This document shows positions 38,105 to 51,063 of a stretch of DNA of 64,000 bases, piece by piece. The position numbers were made by a program, and so were the translations under genes. This DNA comes from Octopus sinensis. Taxonomy: Eukaryota. Each line of letters begins with the position of its first letter. Position 1 is the stretch's first letter. The notes beneath the pieces were generated by a model that saw only the letters and a program-made list of their open reading frames with translations, did no database searches and had not been told where the DNA came from. The DNA lies in contig NC_042998.1 of assembly GCF_006345805.1 (NCBI RefSeq), positions 4,278,001 through 4,342,000 on the forward strand. The letters are read 5' to 3'.

Positions 38105-38779
38105 AAGTAGCTTGCTTACGACCAACATGGTTCCGGGTTCAGTCCCACTGCGTGACACCTCGGACAAGTGTCTTCTACTATAGCCTCCTCGAGGCGACCA
38201 AAGACTTGTGAGTGGATTTGGTAGACGGAAACTGAAATGCATTGTGTTGAAAGTGAGAAGCTATGGGGAAAATCTGGTATGAAATAGCCTAAGGTGCTCG
38301 ACGAGTTAAATACCAGATTATCCACCTCTGTTCCTACGTAATCCGGATACAATAACTTTTAATATTTAATGAGCTTTCTTTTGTATCACACGTAACTTTT
38401 TTAATACAAATATATCTATTCTTTATTATATAAGAAACTCCGTTCTTCTATCCAATGATGCGTTGGGATTATATAAACTAATGTCTACCGATATTACGCT
38501 TGATCTCTCTATCTGAGATATGAACGACGAGATTAGACATGGAGACGAAGTAGAACAACACACTGTCGGGCTACTCGGAATACATAAAGATACATCATAC
38601 ATACACACACACATGCAAGGTTACATATATGTATCTACATGTGTGTGTATAAATATGTATATATAAATACAAATGCATAGATATGTATATATATTTGTTT
38701 ATGTATATATGTACGTAAATATACATATATACGTGTTTCTATGTATACAAACCCACATGCACGCACACATACACATGTA

Positions 38780-39607
38780 CAGGGTGGGTGAAAGTAACTA
38801 GGTATTTAAAATTGCTTATAGAATTTTTAGTATCACTGAAGTCATGACGAAAACATTTTTTAAACTGACAACACTGGTGGAAATGTCTTATTTCTTATTA
38901 TCCAGATGGGCGGTCGCTTGACTATTTAGGAGTGAATTAAGATAGCATCACATAATTAAGTGTGGAATTACACTGTTTTTGTTTAAAGATGGTGGTGCGC
39001 ATGGAAAAGTAAGCATGCAATACTACGCCCGGAGACAATAAAAAGTTGTCATGCAAAGCCGATGACCACGGGCTCTGTGAACGTTGCAAAAAGAACGTGG
39101 CAAAAGTGCAGAAAATGTTTAATCGCAGCCCACAAAAATCAACACATCAAGCAGCTTGTGAAAGTGGACTAACAAGACACACAGTACGTATGGCGTTGCC
39201 TAAAGAATTGGAGCTTCGTCCGTGGAAATCCCATTACGTGCAGGAGCTAAAACCTGAAGACTGTGACCGCAAAATGGAATATAGAATGGACTCCAAGTTG
39301 TCCGGATCTCCATGTGATTTTCACCTGTGGGATTAGACAAAAGGGGAGGTGTACAAGACAAAACCTCGCTCATTGGAAGACTTTGAAGACAAGGATTCAG
39401 GACAACGTCCTTCAAAAGGTTGCTCATTTCATCCGTAGTCGTTTCAGAAGATAGGTTGACGCCATCGGTGTTTACGTTGAAATATGAAGATTTACTTTCA
39501 TTTCGCCATGTAATAAAGAACATGAATCATTTACTACAATAAATTTGTAAAAGGAATATGGATTTTATGCCCAATTTTTAATGCCTACTTACTTTTCACC
39601 TACCTTG
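38780..39607 (+). mobile_element. Internally deleted Tc1/mariner element with TIRs
   Basis: TA|CAGGGTGGGTGAAAGTAACTAGG ... CCTACTTACTTTTCACCTACCTTG|TA. Remnants RSPQKSTHQAACESGLTRHTV..LELRPWK..VQELKPED and SPCDFHLW..KGEVYKTKPRSLED; the DDD/E core is missing. Confidence 0.85.
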
Positions 39608-39927
39608 TATATGCATGTGCATATATACGTATATATAAATACTTCCGAATACTTGAATGTATCTAGGTATATATAAATATGTATTCGTATGTGTGTACCT
39701 GCGTGAGTGTGTGTATATGTGTGTACGAATGTTTTATAATTTTTCAATCAGTGTTTTTCTTTTATTCATAAATAATTACCAGGAGATGTGAATGCGATTA
39801 CGTTAGCTTGCCCTCAAGGTCAAACGAAATAACAGAAGGCATTGGTTGATACCATCTTCCATATATTAGTTTGTGTCTGTACATAATTATTTCTGCAACA
39901 AACTTTACGGAGTTTTAACGAACACAT

Positions 39928-40095
39928 ATAAAGGGCTGATGTAAAGTTCCCTGCTCTAAGGTTATCGGGAAAAATCTGGTTGGAGGCTCAGCCTTCCAGA
40001 TTTATTTACTGCGCTTAGGAAAGCTGAAGGACCACTGCAGGGAGTGTGTGAATCGGACAGAGGAATATGTTGGATAATACCATAATTAACTGATC
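39928..40095 (+). mobile_element. Mariner-derived short remnant
   Basis: TIR-like TAAAGGGCTGATGTAAAGTTCC and C-terminal KLKDHCRECVNRTEEYVG*. Confidence 0.4.
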
Positions 40096-40556
40096 CTCCT
40101 GTATTTCCTTTTACCCAAAGCCAGGAACATTTCAGCGCTCCCTCGCACAGGTTATGACTGCGGGCATATTTAACACTAACCTGAAGTCTTTTTGGAACCA
40201 TTCTTATGCTTGCTTTTGTAACAAGAAATATATCTAGTAATAGTTTTCTTTCATCTTTCAAGTTATATAGATTTAGGAGGCTCTCAATCTATATCTACGT
40301 TCGCTTTGATATCTGCATCTGTTTTAACGTCTGGGAAAACAGCTAAGATTTATAATTACACACAACACTTTCAATTATATACCTTTTATGTCTGTGCATG
40401 TGTGTGTGTGTTTAGACAACTAAACCCTCTTTATTTCGCTCTAGCGCCTTGAACACTATATCAAACTACATTTAAAGAAGACTTCAACGAAAAATCTCCA
40501 AACATGTTTTTGACCACCAAACAGAAGATAAACTGTTTTTACTTCAAATTTTTACT

Positions 40557-40599
40557 AATATTTGATAAGATTATATTCATCATCGAAACCGGTAGCATT
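40557..40599 (+). ncRNA. Minimal hammerhead fold, U3-A8 variant, weakened stem I
   Basis: AATAT-TTGATAA-GAT(tatattcatc)ATC-GAAA-CCGG-T-A-GCATT. Confidence 0.55.
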
Positions 40600-41068
40600 T
40601 TATATTTTCTTTAGATAATATCAAAATCATTTTATTAAATTCTTTCTAAATTGAAAGGTCTTAGATTTACTTCTGTGCTATTCCCACCTCCATCTTTTAT
40701 ATATTAAAATTTGATTTGTATAGATCTCTGATCTTTTCTCAACTATATATATATACATATATGCCAGGGTGGTTACCTCCCCTATCAGTATATGCATATA
40801 TTTGCGCTCTTATATTTTAACTCTCATTTCTCGCAAATTTGGTGGTTCGGCACCGTTAGTCACACTTAGTGACGATTGAACTTTTCCTCTATGGTATCAC
40901 ATTGTACCTTGTTGTTATTATCAATTTATATATACATACATGCATATACATATACATACATACATACATTGTATGAAAAAATTTATATCATTCTTCAGAC
41001 ATAATGACTCAAATATATACTTTTTAACCTTTTAAAACAAGCCTTCTGTAGTTTTTTCACTTTTTACT

Positions 41069-41158
<90 letters not shown>

Positions 41159-41298
41159 TACGGAGATATACTTGCATAGCAAGTGACTTGATCTGAGATC
41201 GTGTACTGAAACGAAAACAATTGCAGCGTGGAAGGTGTTTGTATGCCATTTAAGAAACACACAAAAGCCGTTCGATTCACTTCAACATTTAAGTTTAA

Positions 41299-41349
41299 TT
41301 TGTCAAAATATTTTCGTCGCTTTAAGACCGCGACCTGTTCACTGACAAA
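41299..41349 (-). ncRNA. Hammerhead fold, G3-C8 variant (left arm)
   Basis: Exact reverse complement of the 41368-41418 motif. Confidence 0.7.
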
Positions 41350-41367
41350 AAAAATGCAACATGGATT

Positions 41368-41418
41368 TTTGTCAGTGAACAGGTCGCGGTCTTAAAGCGA
41401 CGAAAATATTTTGACAAA
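41368..41418 (+). ncRNA. Hammerhead fold, G3-C8 variant (right arm)
   Basis: TTTGTCA-GTGAACA-G-GTCGC(ggtcttaaa)GCGAC-GAAA-ATAT-T-T-TGACAAA. Confidence 0.7.
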
Positions 41419-41500
41419 TTAAACTTAAATGTTGAAGTGAATCGAACGGCTTTTGTGTGTTTCTTAAACGGCTTACAAACACCTTCCACGCTGCAATTGT

Positions 41501-41587
<87 letters not shown>

Positions 41588-41613
41588 CGTATGTATGTAT
41601 GTATGTATGTATG

Positions 41614-41744
<131 letters not shown>

Positions 41745-43049
41745 TTTCCTGATTTCGTAGGTGACTTTTGTAGGGTAGTAAACATACTCTAGAGGTGATT
41801 CATCTCGGATGGATAATATATATAATTTCTGTTCATTTCGCCAACATCTATCTCCCTTGTTCAAATTTGGTTGTTAAAAATTTAAAACTACATGATAAAA
41901 CAATGAAACATATAGGGAATGCAATGCATTAACTTGGCTAGAGTAATTCTTCAATGGAAAATATGCTTCTGAATGGAATTTATCGCTTTGTAAATATTTT
42001 GGAAGCATTATGGTTTAGAGAACAAATCTTTCTTTATTCTTTCAAAATAGTTATCTTTCCAACAACATGAAATAACTCCAATATTTTCATTGATTTTGTT
42101 GTTCAGGAATGTGTAAAATTGAACAACACATACATACATGAATACAAATACACAGATACATACAAGCATACATCATAAACACACGTACATACACATGTAT
42201 ATATAAATGTGTGTGTGTGTGTGTGTGTGTGTGCATAACGTGCAAATATATGCCTATTTGGAGGTTTAGGTAAAATAATTTTAGGACAGAATTTTCCTGT
42301 TATCATTTCGCTTTTGTTATCTTTGGATGAATAAGACAATATAAACATTCAAATGAATCCATTTAAAACTGGAAATAACATCTAAATAACAGACTAAGTT
42401 TCCAAATCAAAAAGTGTAAGGGGTTGTGAAATACAAATAATGAGATAATGTGTTTCCATAGTTTTTATATTTTGTCCTTGAGTAGGATGGAAATATATTT
42501 GTCAATGGAATATATCTGCAGAAATATTGCTTAGCCTAATATAAACCACAGATTTTTCTTTTTTTCTGTTTTTCTTTTTTTTGGAAGTAGAACTGTTTGA
42601 CATATTTATAAGTTTCATATATCGGTGAGTAATAATGCAGCGCAATCGTAAAAGTATATCGTCCTTGTTGAGATTGTTGATACTATTAACACAAGAGACC
42701 TTCAGTATCTTCCATATATATGTGTGTGTGTTTGTGTATACATACATATGTGTGTATGTGTGCGTGTATAAAGTGAGAGAGCGAAAGAGAGAGAATGAGA
42801 GATGAAAAACAGAGAGAGAGAAAGACTGAGAGATAAAGTAGGTAGTTGAGATTTTGGATACTTTCCCTTTATCGATTTAGCACCTTCATGTCTTTAGAAA
42901 TTCCTTTTGAGAGATTTATTCGCAGAAAATCCCTGTCTTATATATACACACATATATATATATAAGGCAGGACGAGAAAATAACCTTTTTAGAAAGTAGA
43001 AAGACACTAACCTTTGGGAAAAGATTTTACAAAATGTGTGTGGAACATC

Positions 43050-43205
43050 TACCCTAATGTAGCAACCATGAGAGCATGAATGTCGTTGCAAGAACTTGAT
43101 AACACTACGACGCCAAATTTTGTCGATTTTCAAGAAAAATCGCAACTAGTTACTTTTAAAGACTGCTTTGAACTGTGAGATCTCAGTTTTCCTGCAGAAA
43201 ATGAA
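43050..43205 (-). pseudogene. Mariner transposase N-terminal fragment
   Basis: Minus strand LKIDKIWRRSVIKFLQ, then MVATLG*DVP after a frameshift. Confidence 0.55.
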
Positions 43206-43209
43206 CAAT

Positions 43210-43610
43210 GCGCAGGAGGGGCTGTGTGGTAAGTAGCTTGCTAACCAACCACATGGTTCCAGGTTCAGTCCCACTGCGTTGCACTTTGGACAAGTGTCTT
43301 CTAATATAACCTCGGGCCGACCAAAACCTTGTGAATGGATTTGGTAGAGGTAAACTGAAGGAAACCCGTCGTATATATGTATATGTATATATATACATAT
43401 ATGTATATGTTTGTCTACCTGTGTTTGTCCCCCCAACATCACTTGAAAACCAATGCTGGTGTTTACGTCCCCGTGACCTAGCGGTTCTGCAAAAGAGCCC
43501 GATAGAATAAGTACCAGGCTTCCAAAGAATAAATCCTGGGGTCGATTTTCTCGACTAATGGCTGTACTCCAGCATGGCCGCAGTCAAATAACTGAAACAA
43601 GTAAAAGAAT
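43210..43610 (+). mobile_element. SINE family B, full length
   Basis: GCGCAGGAGGGGCTGTGTGGTAAG...GGTTCAGTCCC...CCAGCATGGCCGCAGTCAAATAACTGAAACAAGTAAAAGA. Confidence 0.92.
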
Positions 43611-44745
43611 GCAATATCAATAAGGAGTATTGAAATTAATGCGTGCAAGATTTCACAGTTCGAGCATTGCTCCTTCATAGTCAACCTACGAACGTACATC
43701 TGCGTATGTGAAATGTAACTATATCTACGTATCACTTCCGCTTTGTTGTTATACTTTATGAGACGTTTTGGAAAATTTCCTTGGGAGAAGCAGTATATTC
43801 ATAATTTAGCAACATTGTCTTCATTTTCATATACATTTTACTGAAGTCAACATAAAATATCACAGAATATTTTACAATTTCCTGAAACTTGTGACATTGT
43901 GGTACTTATGGATTTATTTATTTCGAATTACAATGTCATTACGACATTTTTACAACGTCACACCTGCTTTGCCTTAGCTTATAATTCAGCATTTGAAAGG
44001 ATCATCTTTAAATTATATCATGCTTATTTTGATTTTGTAGACTCGTTTGTCCAGCTTTCAAAAATCTCCTTTAAAGTGTGGTCATATTAAAATAACTATA
44101 GTACGCCTTATAAAAATTTCAGTTTAAATAGGAAAAAATATAGAGAAAAGCAAAATTCATGTAATGATTTAAATTTAATCAATTTCAGTATACTAATGTG
44201 ATTCTGAATTTGAAGATTAATTCAAAATGTAATTGACTCAAAAACTTGAAGATTTTATTGAATTTTTTTACAAATATATTTTTCTATCAAAATACAATTA
44301 ATTTCAAATTTGTTTTAAGATGCTTCCATGTGAATTCCGCAGAGTAAATGCGAATTAAAAGAAATAAAAATTTATAATTTTCTATTTTCGGAAGATGAAG
44401 AAGAAAGAAAAAAATATATAGTAAAATGTCTCAACAGAAATTCCCATTTGGCAACTCCTTATTGAGGGTAGGATTTGAGCAGCTTGTTTTAATACTTGTT
44501 TAAACCATTTGGAATTAACATTTTTGAGTGCATAAGTTTAATAAGAAGAAAACGATCAGCTGAGAATGAAAGATTATTTGAGGGATAGATGAACTGACAT
44601 ATGTAAAAGAATTGTATATAAGTAATTGAGGTAAGTTAATGGAGAAATAAGAGCCGAAAGGAAATCGGACAACTCATGCATATGTATTATTCAAAGTCAG
44701 TCATTTCTAGACAGACTATGAAAAGATGGTGGCACAGTAAGTATA

Positions 44746-45212
44746 TACTTGTTCCAGTCATTTCACTGTGGTCATGACGGAGCACTATTTTAAATGGTCT
44801 TTCACTTGCAGAAATCGTCTCCAGAATTTATTCTTTGCAAGCCTGGTACTTGTTCTATCGCCATGTTGCGGGGACGTAAACACACCAACATCAGTTGTAA
44901 AGCGATGGTGGTGGGACAAACCCATATACAAAGATACACACAACCAGACACAAAGTCACACACACACAAACACACATACACACGCTTGCATACAAACACA
45001 CACATACACACACATATATATGCATGTATATATATATATATATATATATATCCAACGGGCTTCTTTCAGTTTCCGTCTACCAGATCTACTCACAAGGATT
45101 TGATCGGTCTGGGGCTGTAGTAGAAGCACTTGCCCTCAGTGACATGCAGTGGGACTAAACCCGAACCATGTGGGTGGGAAGCAAGCCTCTTACTACGCTG
45201 TCCCGCCTTTGC

Positions 45213-45214
<2 letters not shown>
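44746..45214 (-). mobile_element. SINE family B, diverged
   Basis: Head and tail match on the minus strand, with an internal microsatellite. Confidence 0.8.
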
Positions 45215-45259
<45 letters not shown>

Positions 45260-45340
45260 AATATATATATAAGATAGCATTTCTATTCCTAAAAATGATA
45301 ACGTTTGTGACCTCGATCATAAAAGCCGTATAGGCAAAAT

Positions 45341-45382
45341 TAATAGCTATATATAAGGTATATACCTTATATATAGCTATTA
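45341..45382. repeat. Perfect 42-bp palindrome
   Basis: TAATAGCTATATATAAGGTATATACCTTATATATAGCTATTA equals its own reverse complement. Confidence 0.95.
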
Positions 45383-45603
45383 GTTTATATATACTAGGTT
45401 ACTACATAAGCACCTGCTTCGCTAAAGAAAGAAGTCAAAATACTCCTAAACAACAGAAGAATCTTTAAATTAATATAAGCATGATTGGAAAAAAATAATG
45501 AATAAAAATACCATCATGCTTCTCCAAAGGATGCAGAAGGTGTGTCAGTTAATCTGATACCATTATCTCGAATTTAGCGCCAAATGCACCCGATATATAT
45601 TAT

Positions 45604-45643
<40 letters not shown>

Positions 45644-45849
45644 CTCTTTTACTTGTTTCAGTCATTTGACTGTGGCCATGTAAGCCTAGTACTTATTGTA
45701 TCATTTTTTTGCCCAACCGCTACGTTACGGGGACGTAAACACACCAGCATTGGTTATCAAGCGATGTTGGGGGGGGGCAAACACAGACACATACATTTAC
45801 ATGCACATATACATACATACGCATATATATACATATATATATATATTAT

Positions 45850-45881
<32 letters not shown>

Positions 45882-46050
45882 ATATATATATATATATACA
45901 TATATACGACGTTTCCGTGTACCAAATCCACTCACAAAGATTTGGTCGGCCCGAGGGTATAGTAGAAGACACTTGCCGACGCAGTGGGACTGAACCCGCA
46001 ACCCTGTGCTCCATAAGCAAGCTACATACCACAGTGCCACTCCTACGCCT
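45644..46050 (-). mobile_element. SINE family B with deletions
   Basis: Head ...ACAGTGCCACTCCTACGCCT; tail CTCTTTTACTTGTTTCAGTCATTTGACTG. Confidence 0.85.
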
Positions 46051-47621
46051 CGTACACACACACACACACACTCACACATATATATATATAGAGAGAGATA
46101 GATCGTACTGCTTCTGTATTTATTCATGTCAGTCACTGACAATTGACTATTCTATTTTAAAGCTACGACTTCTCTCTGCCCAGGGTGGTCCCCTTCGGTA
46201 TTTCCTACTGAGAAAGTGTAAATAGACAGAAACGTGCCCAGGAGTCCGATAGGAGACATCACTAAAGAGAAATGTTATTTCCACAACTTTTAACATAATT
46301 GAGAATTATACTCCCCGCGGTAAAATACAGTAAAATTTAGAAGTTAAAATACATTAAGTATATATTTGAAATCATTTCTAGTATTTAATGTAATAAAAGG
46401 AAATTAGAATTACAAAATATGCCACTTAAGCGTTTTAAATAAATTAATTACAAGCAATATATTCCGTACTAGATGTGATAGCATCTATCCGAATTCTTAA
46501 TTTGAAGCTAATGGATAATTTAGATGGATATTTAAAAATTTTAGAAGTAATACATAGAATCTTCAAAATATCTAAGCAATTGAAGTTTGATAGCACGACA
46601 ATATAACATTAATGAAATAGTATAAAAGTATGTCTGGATACCTTGGTTCCTGCGCATACATGAAAATTTAATGAAATGCTTATATATATATATATATATG
46701 CACACACACACATGAAAATTTAATGAAATGCTTATATATATATATATATATGCACACACACACACATATATTAAGATTATTTCATTTCACTCCCAGTATC
46801 CAAAATATTTTTACATGCATGCATTCATTTTAAAATTTTATTTTTAAGTAAATTAAGCATCTCCCTAACCATATTTTGCTTTAATGCCACTTAAAAAGCA
46901 TGTCCCGCAATGACACAACTTTCTGTCCAATTCCATTGCACACCAGTTTTTGCAACTATCGCCTACATTGTATTTTGGTCTGCGAAAGCCTTTAATGGGA
47001 AAGTTAGTGCCGGGAAACTGTAGAATTACATTTTAGAGGGTGCTCCTGATTTTCCTTTTTGTGGTTGATGTATTTGTAACTCTGTAAGATACTACTGTCT
47101 GGTTTGGAACATAATAGCTTTAGTCAATCTATTGCATTCTATTTCAGACCAGCTCCCGTTTTGTGACTAGGTTCCCGGGAGATATGGAAATATGTAATTG
47201 TTTGTAACCCACGTCCTAGAGTTATCACATATGCTTGGCCCTCATAGAAATCTGAAAATATCATTAAGAGTACCGGAAAGACATTGTTTTGCAATATTTG
47301 TTTGCTTGTAAATAAATAATATCGAATCGAATTTTGTCGCTTACATCCTTAAAGATACATATGTTAGAATTAAGCATTAGTCCAACGATATGTATATAAT
47401 TTTTTGAATAAAAATGGAATGGCTAATTAGAAACTGTAAAATGCTTACAGTTAATTCAAATTCATATATTTACACGGAACATGATTTCGAAAATAACTAA
47501 AATCAAATTGTAAAAGGCTCGCTAAAACCTTATGCAAACCAGAAAATTTAGTATAATTATTAAGGTTATTATATGATAAATTTCAAAATGGCGAACTTTC
47601 AATCAGTACTAGGAATATTTC

Positions 47622-47774
47622 CTCTTCTTCTTCTTCTTCTTCTTCTTCTTCTTCTTCTTCTTCTTCTTCTTCTTCTTCTTCTTCTCCTTCTTCTCATTAT
47701 CATTATCATTATCATCATCATCATCATCACCAAACACAACCTCTACCACCACCACCACCACCACCACCACCACC

Positions 47775-47808
<34 letters not shown>

Positions 47809-47855
47809 TCATCATCATAATCATCATCATCATTATTATTATTATCCTCATCATC
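47622..47855. repeat. Compound trinucleotide repeat (CTT)n(ATC)n(CAC)n(CAT)n
   Basis: Direct reading; explains the poly-L/I/H ORF. Confidence 0.95.
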
Positions 47856-48661
47856 ATCCTTTGTATATTGAATCCATCCTTCATTTCTTGGAAATCCAGC
47901 CTCCTTTTATTTCATTTCTAGAAACGTATTGTGTCAACTTGTCCTTCACATGCAATTATATTTCATTGCTTTTGAAAAAAATTAATAACCTTTCCGTTCC
48001 TTTTATTTTAATTTCTTTATAATAAAAGCATTTGCTACAATTATCTATTGAAATATTTTATAAGGAACACTTATTATTCTTCAAATTCTAATTGCATAAA
48101 TTTAAAAACTGAATAAAACAAAGCACAAACTGATTATTATTTGTCAATAAATGTCGTTATTATATTTTAACAGTATGTGATTGTCATAATTTAACCGCTA
48201 CGAGTGCAATAGAAAGGGTAATGACCATTAAGAATTGGCTAACTTTAGATCCTATCTCCGAAACTACTCAAGATGCACGAAAATCTATGTGACTTAGGCA
48301 CTTTTATCAAAATGATTTTCAAGTACTTTACAGTGTTTTGATTTTATTCGTTTAGTTCTGGTTTCAAATCCTATCAGTGTGATGATCCCTACCGCTTCTC
48401 CTTTGACTAAAGTATACACATCTATCTATCCATTTATCCATCCGTCCGTCCGTCCGTCCATCCATCCATCCAACCTTCAATCCATCCATGAAACTAAGTA
48501 TTAACATTCGGTTGATAAGTGATGAAGAATTAGGACCTTCTATTTTTGTCCTACATGTACGCTTTTTAGCTATCGTTGTTCATTTAATGCATTTTTCATT
48601 TATTGAGTAACCGAACGCCACGCATCCCGACTTTTTAACAATAAGTTTTTACATATATACA

Positions 48662-48697
<36 letters not shown>

Positions 48698-48741
48698 TAT
48701 ATTATATATATATATATATATAATATATATATACATATATT

Positions 48742-48801
<60 letters not shown>

Positions 48802-48967
48802 ATATCAAGCATAGGTGGCACTTTCACTATTACAGCCACCGATTCTAGTCCACGCACAAGACAACTATTCTGCTCCCACACACAAAGCACCACCACTTAG
48901 ACTGAGTTGTGACTAGTAAGAAACAATTATGAAATTTTTTATTACACTTAACTTTTAAAATATATAT

Positions 48968-49014
48968 ATTTTTGATAAGGTTCGTTTTTTCAAGAAGAAC
49001 CGAAACGTGTAAAA
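48968..49014 (+). ncRNA. Minimal hammerhead fold, U3-A8 variant
   Basis: ATTT-TTGATAA-GGTTC(gtttttcaagaa)GAACC-GAAA-CGTG-T-A-AAAT. Confidence 0.7.
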
Positions 49015-49554
49015 TCTCTCAGAAAATTAAAATTTATCTTATATTGTGGCGTTTTCAAACTTCTTTTTTATTAATATATATATACTCATATATATACACA
49101 CATATATATATATATATACATATATACATATATATGTGTGTGTGTACGTCTTTATAAACACCACACACATTACTCACACATATAACCGACTTTATAACCA
49201 TTCACTCTTTGTATATATTGTTGAGTGTATACATGTCCAAAATTTTATATTATTTTGTCGGAGAAAAACCACAGATATTTGTAGTCTGTGGGGAAAAAAA
49301 CAGGTATAAGAGATGTATATAATCTATGATATGTTTGATCCCTCAATTCAATGGATTCATAAGAAGGATTAAATTAGTAGCTGACTCCAGAGAGAAACAT
49401 CTATGTGTGTAATTATTTTGTAAGATGCTAAATGCAGAATCTCTGCATAGAGATATCATCGAAGTTCCAAATGATAGAGAAATGGTTGAAACAAACCTGA
49501 CTAGCTGGAAAGAAATGGAAAAAAAAGGCAGTCAATAATTAATGTGATGATGTT

Positions 49555-49770
49555 AAAGTGGCGAGCTGGCAGAGTTGTTAGCGCGTCAGGCGCAATGCTT
49601 AGCCGCAGTTCATCCCTCTTCACGTTCTGAGTTCAAAACCGCCAAGGTTGACTTTGCCTTTCATCATTTCGAAGTCAATAAAATATGTACGAATTGAGTA
49701 TGGGGGGGTGTCGATATAATCGACTTATCATCACTCCCGAAATTGCAGGCCTTGTGCCAAAACGTGAAAT
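49555..49770 (+). mobile_element. SINE family A, diverged
   Basis: GTGGCGAGCTGGCAGAGTTGTTAGC...GTTCTGAGTTCAAAACC...GATATAATCGACTTA. Confidence 0.85.
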
Positions 49771-50187
49771 TAGCAATTCATATAACAATACGTTTTCTAA
49801 TGACAACTTTACAAATCTACAAATTTTACAATTTTGAGAATTTTCATTAAATACATCAAAACGAACTTAAGTACTATACATTTAGGTAGATGACAATCAT
49901 GCTATTTTCTTTTGTTGTTTATCTTTTAATTGTTTCCGTCATTGGACAGTAGCCATGCTGAGAACTGCATTGAAGGATTTAGGCAAAAGATGCTATACCA
50001 TTGATATCTTATTTGAGCTTGGCATTTTCTGTCGGTTTTTGTTGTCGATATGCTAAATTACATGGACGTAAATACATCAGAACTGGCTGTCTAGTGGTGG
50101 TGACGGACAAATACAAAGTTACAGACATGGGTACGTACATGCACATGTATACACCACCGTAAACTTATAACTTCACACACACGCACA

Positions 50188-50230
<43 letters not shown>

Positions 50231-50231
<1 letters not shown>

Positions 50232-50532
50232 TACGGAGATGTACTTGCATAGCAAGTGACCTGATCTGAGATCGTGTACTGGAACGAAAACAATTGCAGC
50301 GTGGAAGGTGTTTATAAGCCATTTAAGAAACACACAAAATCCGTTAGATTTACTTCAACATTTAAATTTAATTTGTCAAAATATGTTCGTCGCTTTGAGG
50401 CCGCGACCTGTTCACTGACAAAATTCCGTGTAGCACGGAATTTTTTGAAAACTTAAATTTAAATGCTGAAGTGAATCTAACGGATTTTGTATGTTTCTTA
50501 AATGGCTTATAACACCTTCCACGCTGCAATTG

Positions 50533-50533
<1 letters not shown>
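50231..50533. mobile_element. Second copy of the palindromic element (right arm partly deleted)
   Basis: Same leader and arms as 41158; centre TTCCGTG-TAG-CACGGAA. The left-arm hammerhead (50372-50422, minus) has GAAC in place of GAAA. Confidence 0.9.
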
Positions 50534-50591
<58 letters not shown>

Positions 50592-50900
50592 ATTGTGGGC
50601 ACAGCTAGCCTGAAAGTTAGCTTCTCTAACTCTTAATCCGCCAACTAGAAATTCAACTTTGCAAATTAGCTGAAGCTAACGCAAACTGATATCCGTTAAC
50701 TTTTATCTTATGAATTTAGCTTCAGTTTGTTTTTTGGGGGGCTCTAAAACCCTAAAAATCAGACATAGGGAGCTGGTAATTTCATGTAGCTTAAACATAG
50801 AGCATTCCAAAACTGTATAGCTTGCCAAGATCAGATGATGATCAAGGTATACGCAAATAATTAAATGAACAAACGAAATTAAACATCATATTATATATAC

Positions 50901-51063
50901 AAGGAGTTTCTTTCAGTTTCTGATTACCAAGTCCATTCACAAAGCTTTGGTCGGTTGGGGCTACAGTAGAAGACACTTGCCGAAGGGGCCACGGAGTGGG
51001 ACTGAACCGAGAGCCCAATGGTTGGGAAACATACTTCTTACCACACAATCACACCTGCCCCTG
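50901..51063 (-). mobile_element. SINE family B head
   Basis: GTGGGACTGAACC B box and CTTACCACAC A-box complement. Confidence 0.8.

Larger units (their letters stand above)
36062..38235 (+). mobile_element. SINE family B head, split by a 2-kb insertion
   Basis: GGCTGTGTGGTAAGTAGCTTGCTTAC (36062-36088) resumes as ...GCTTACGACCAACATGGTTCCGGGTTCAGTCCC after 38119. Confidence 0.9.
41158..41500. mobile_element. Palindromic (foldback) element with a hammerhead fold in each arm
   Basis: 59-bp unique leader, then near-perfect inverted arms 41217-41353 and 41366-41500; embedded in (TA)n. Related copies at 50231 and 24231. Confidence 0.9.

Noticed and set aside
47573-48022. 149-aa ORF with poly-Leu/Ile/His
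   Set aside because: Product of a compound trinucleotide repeat.
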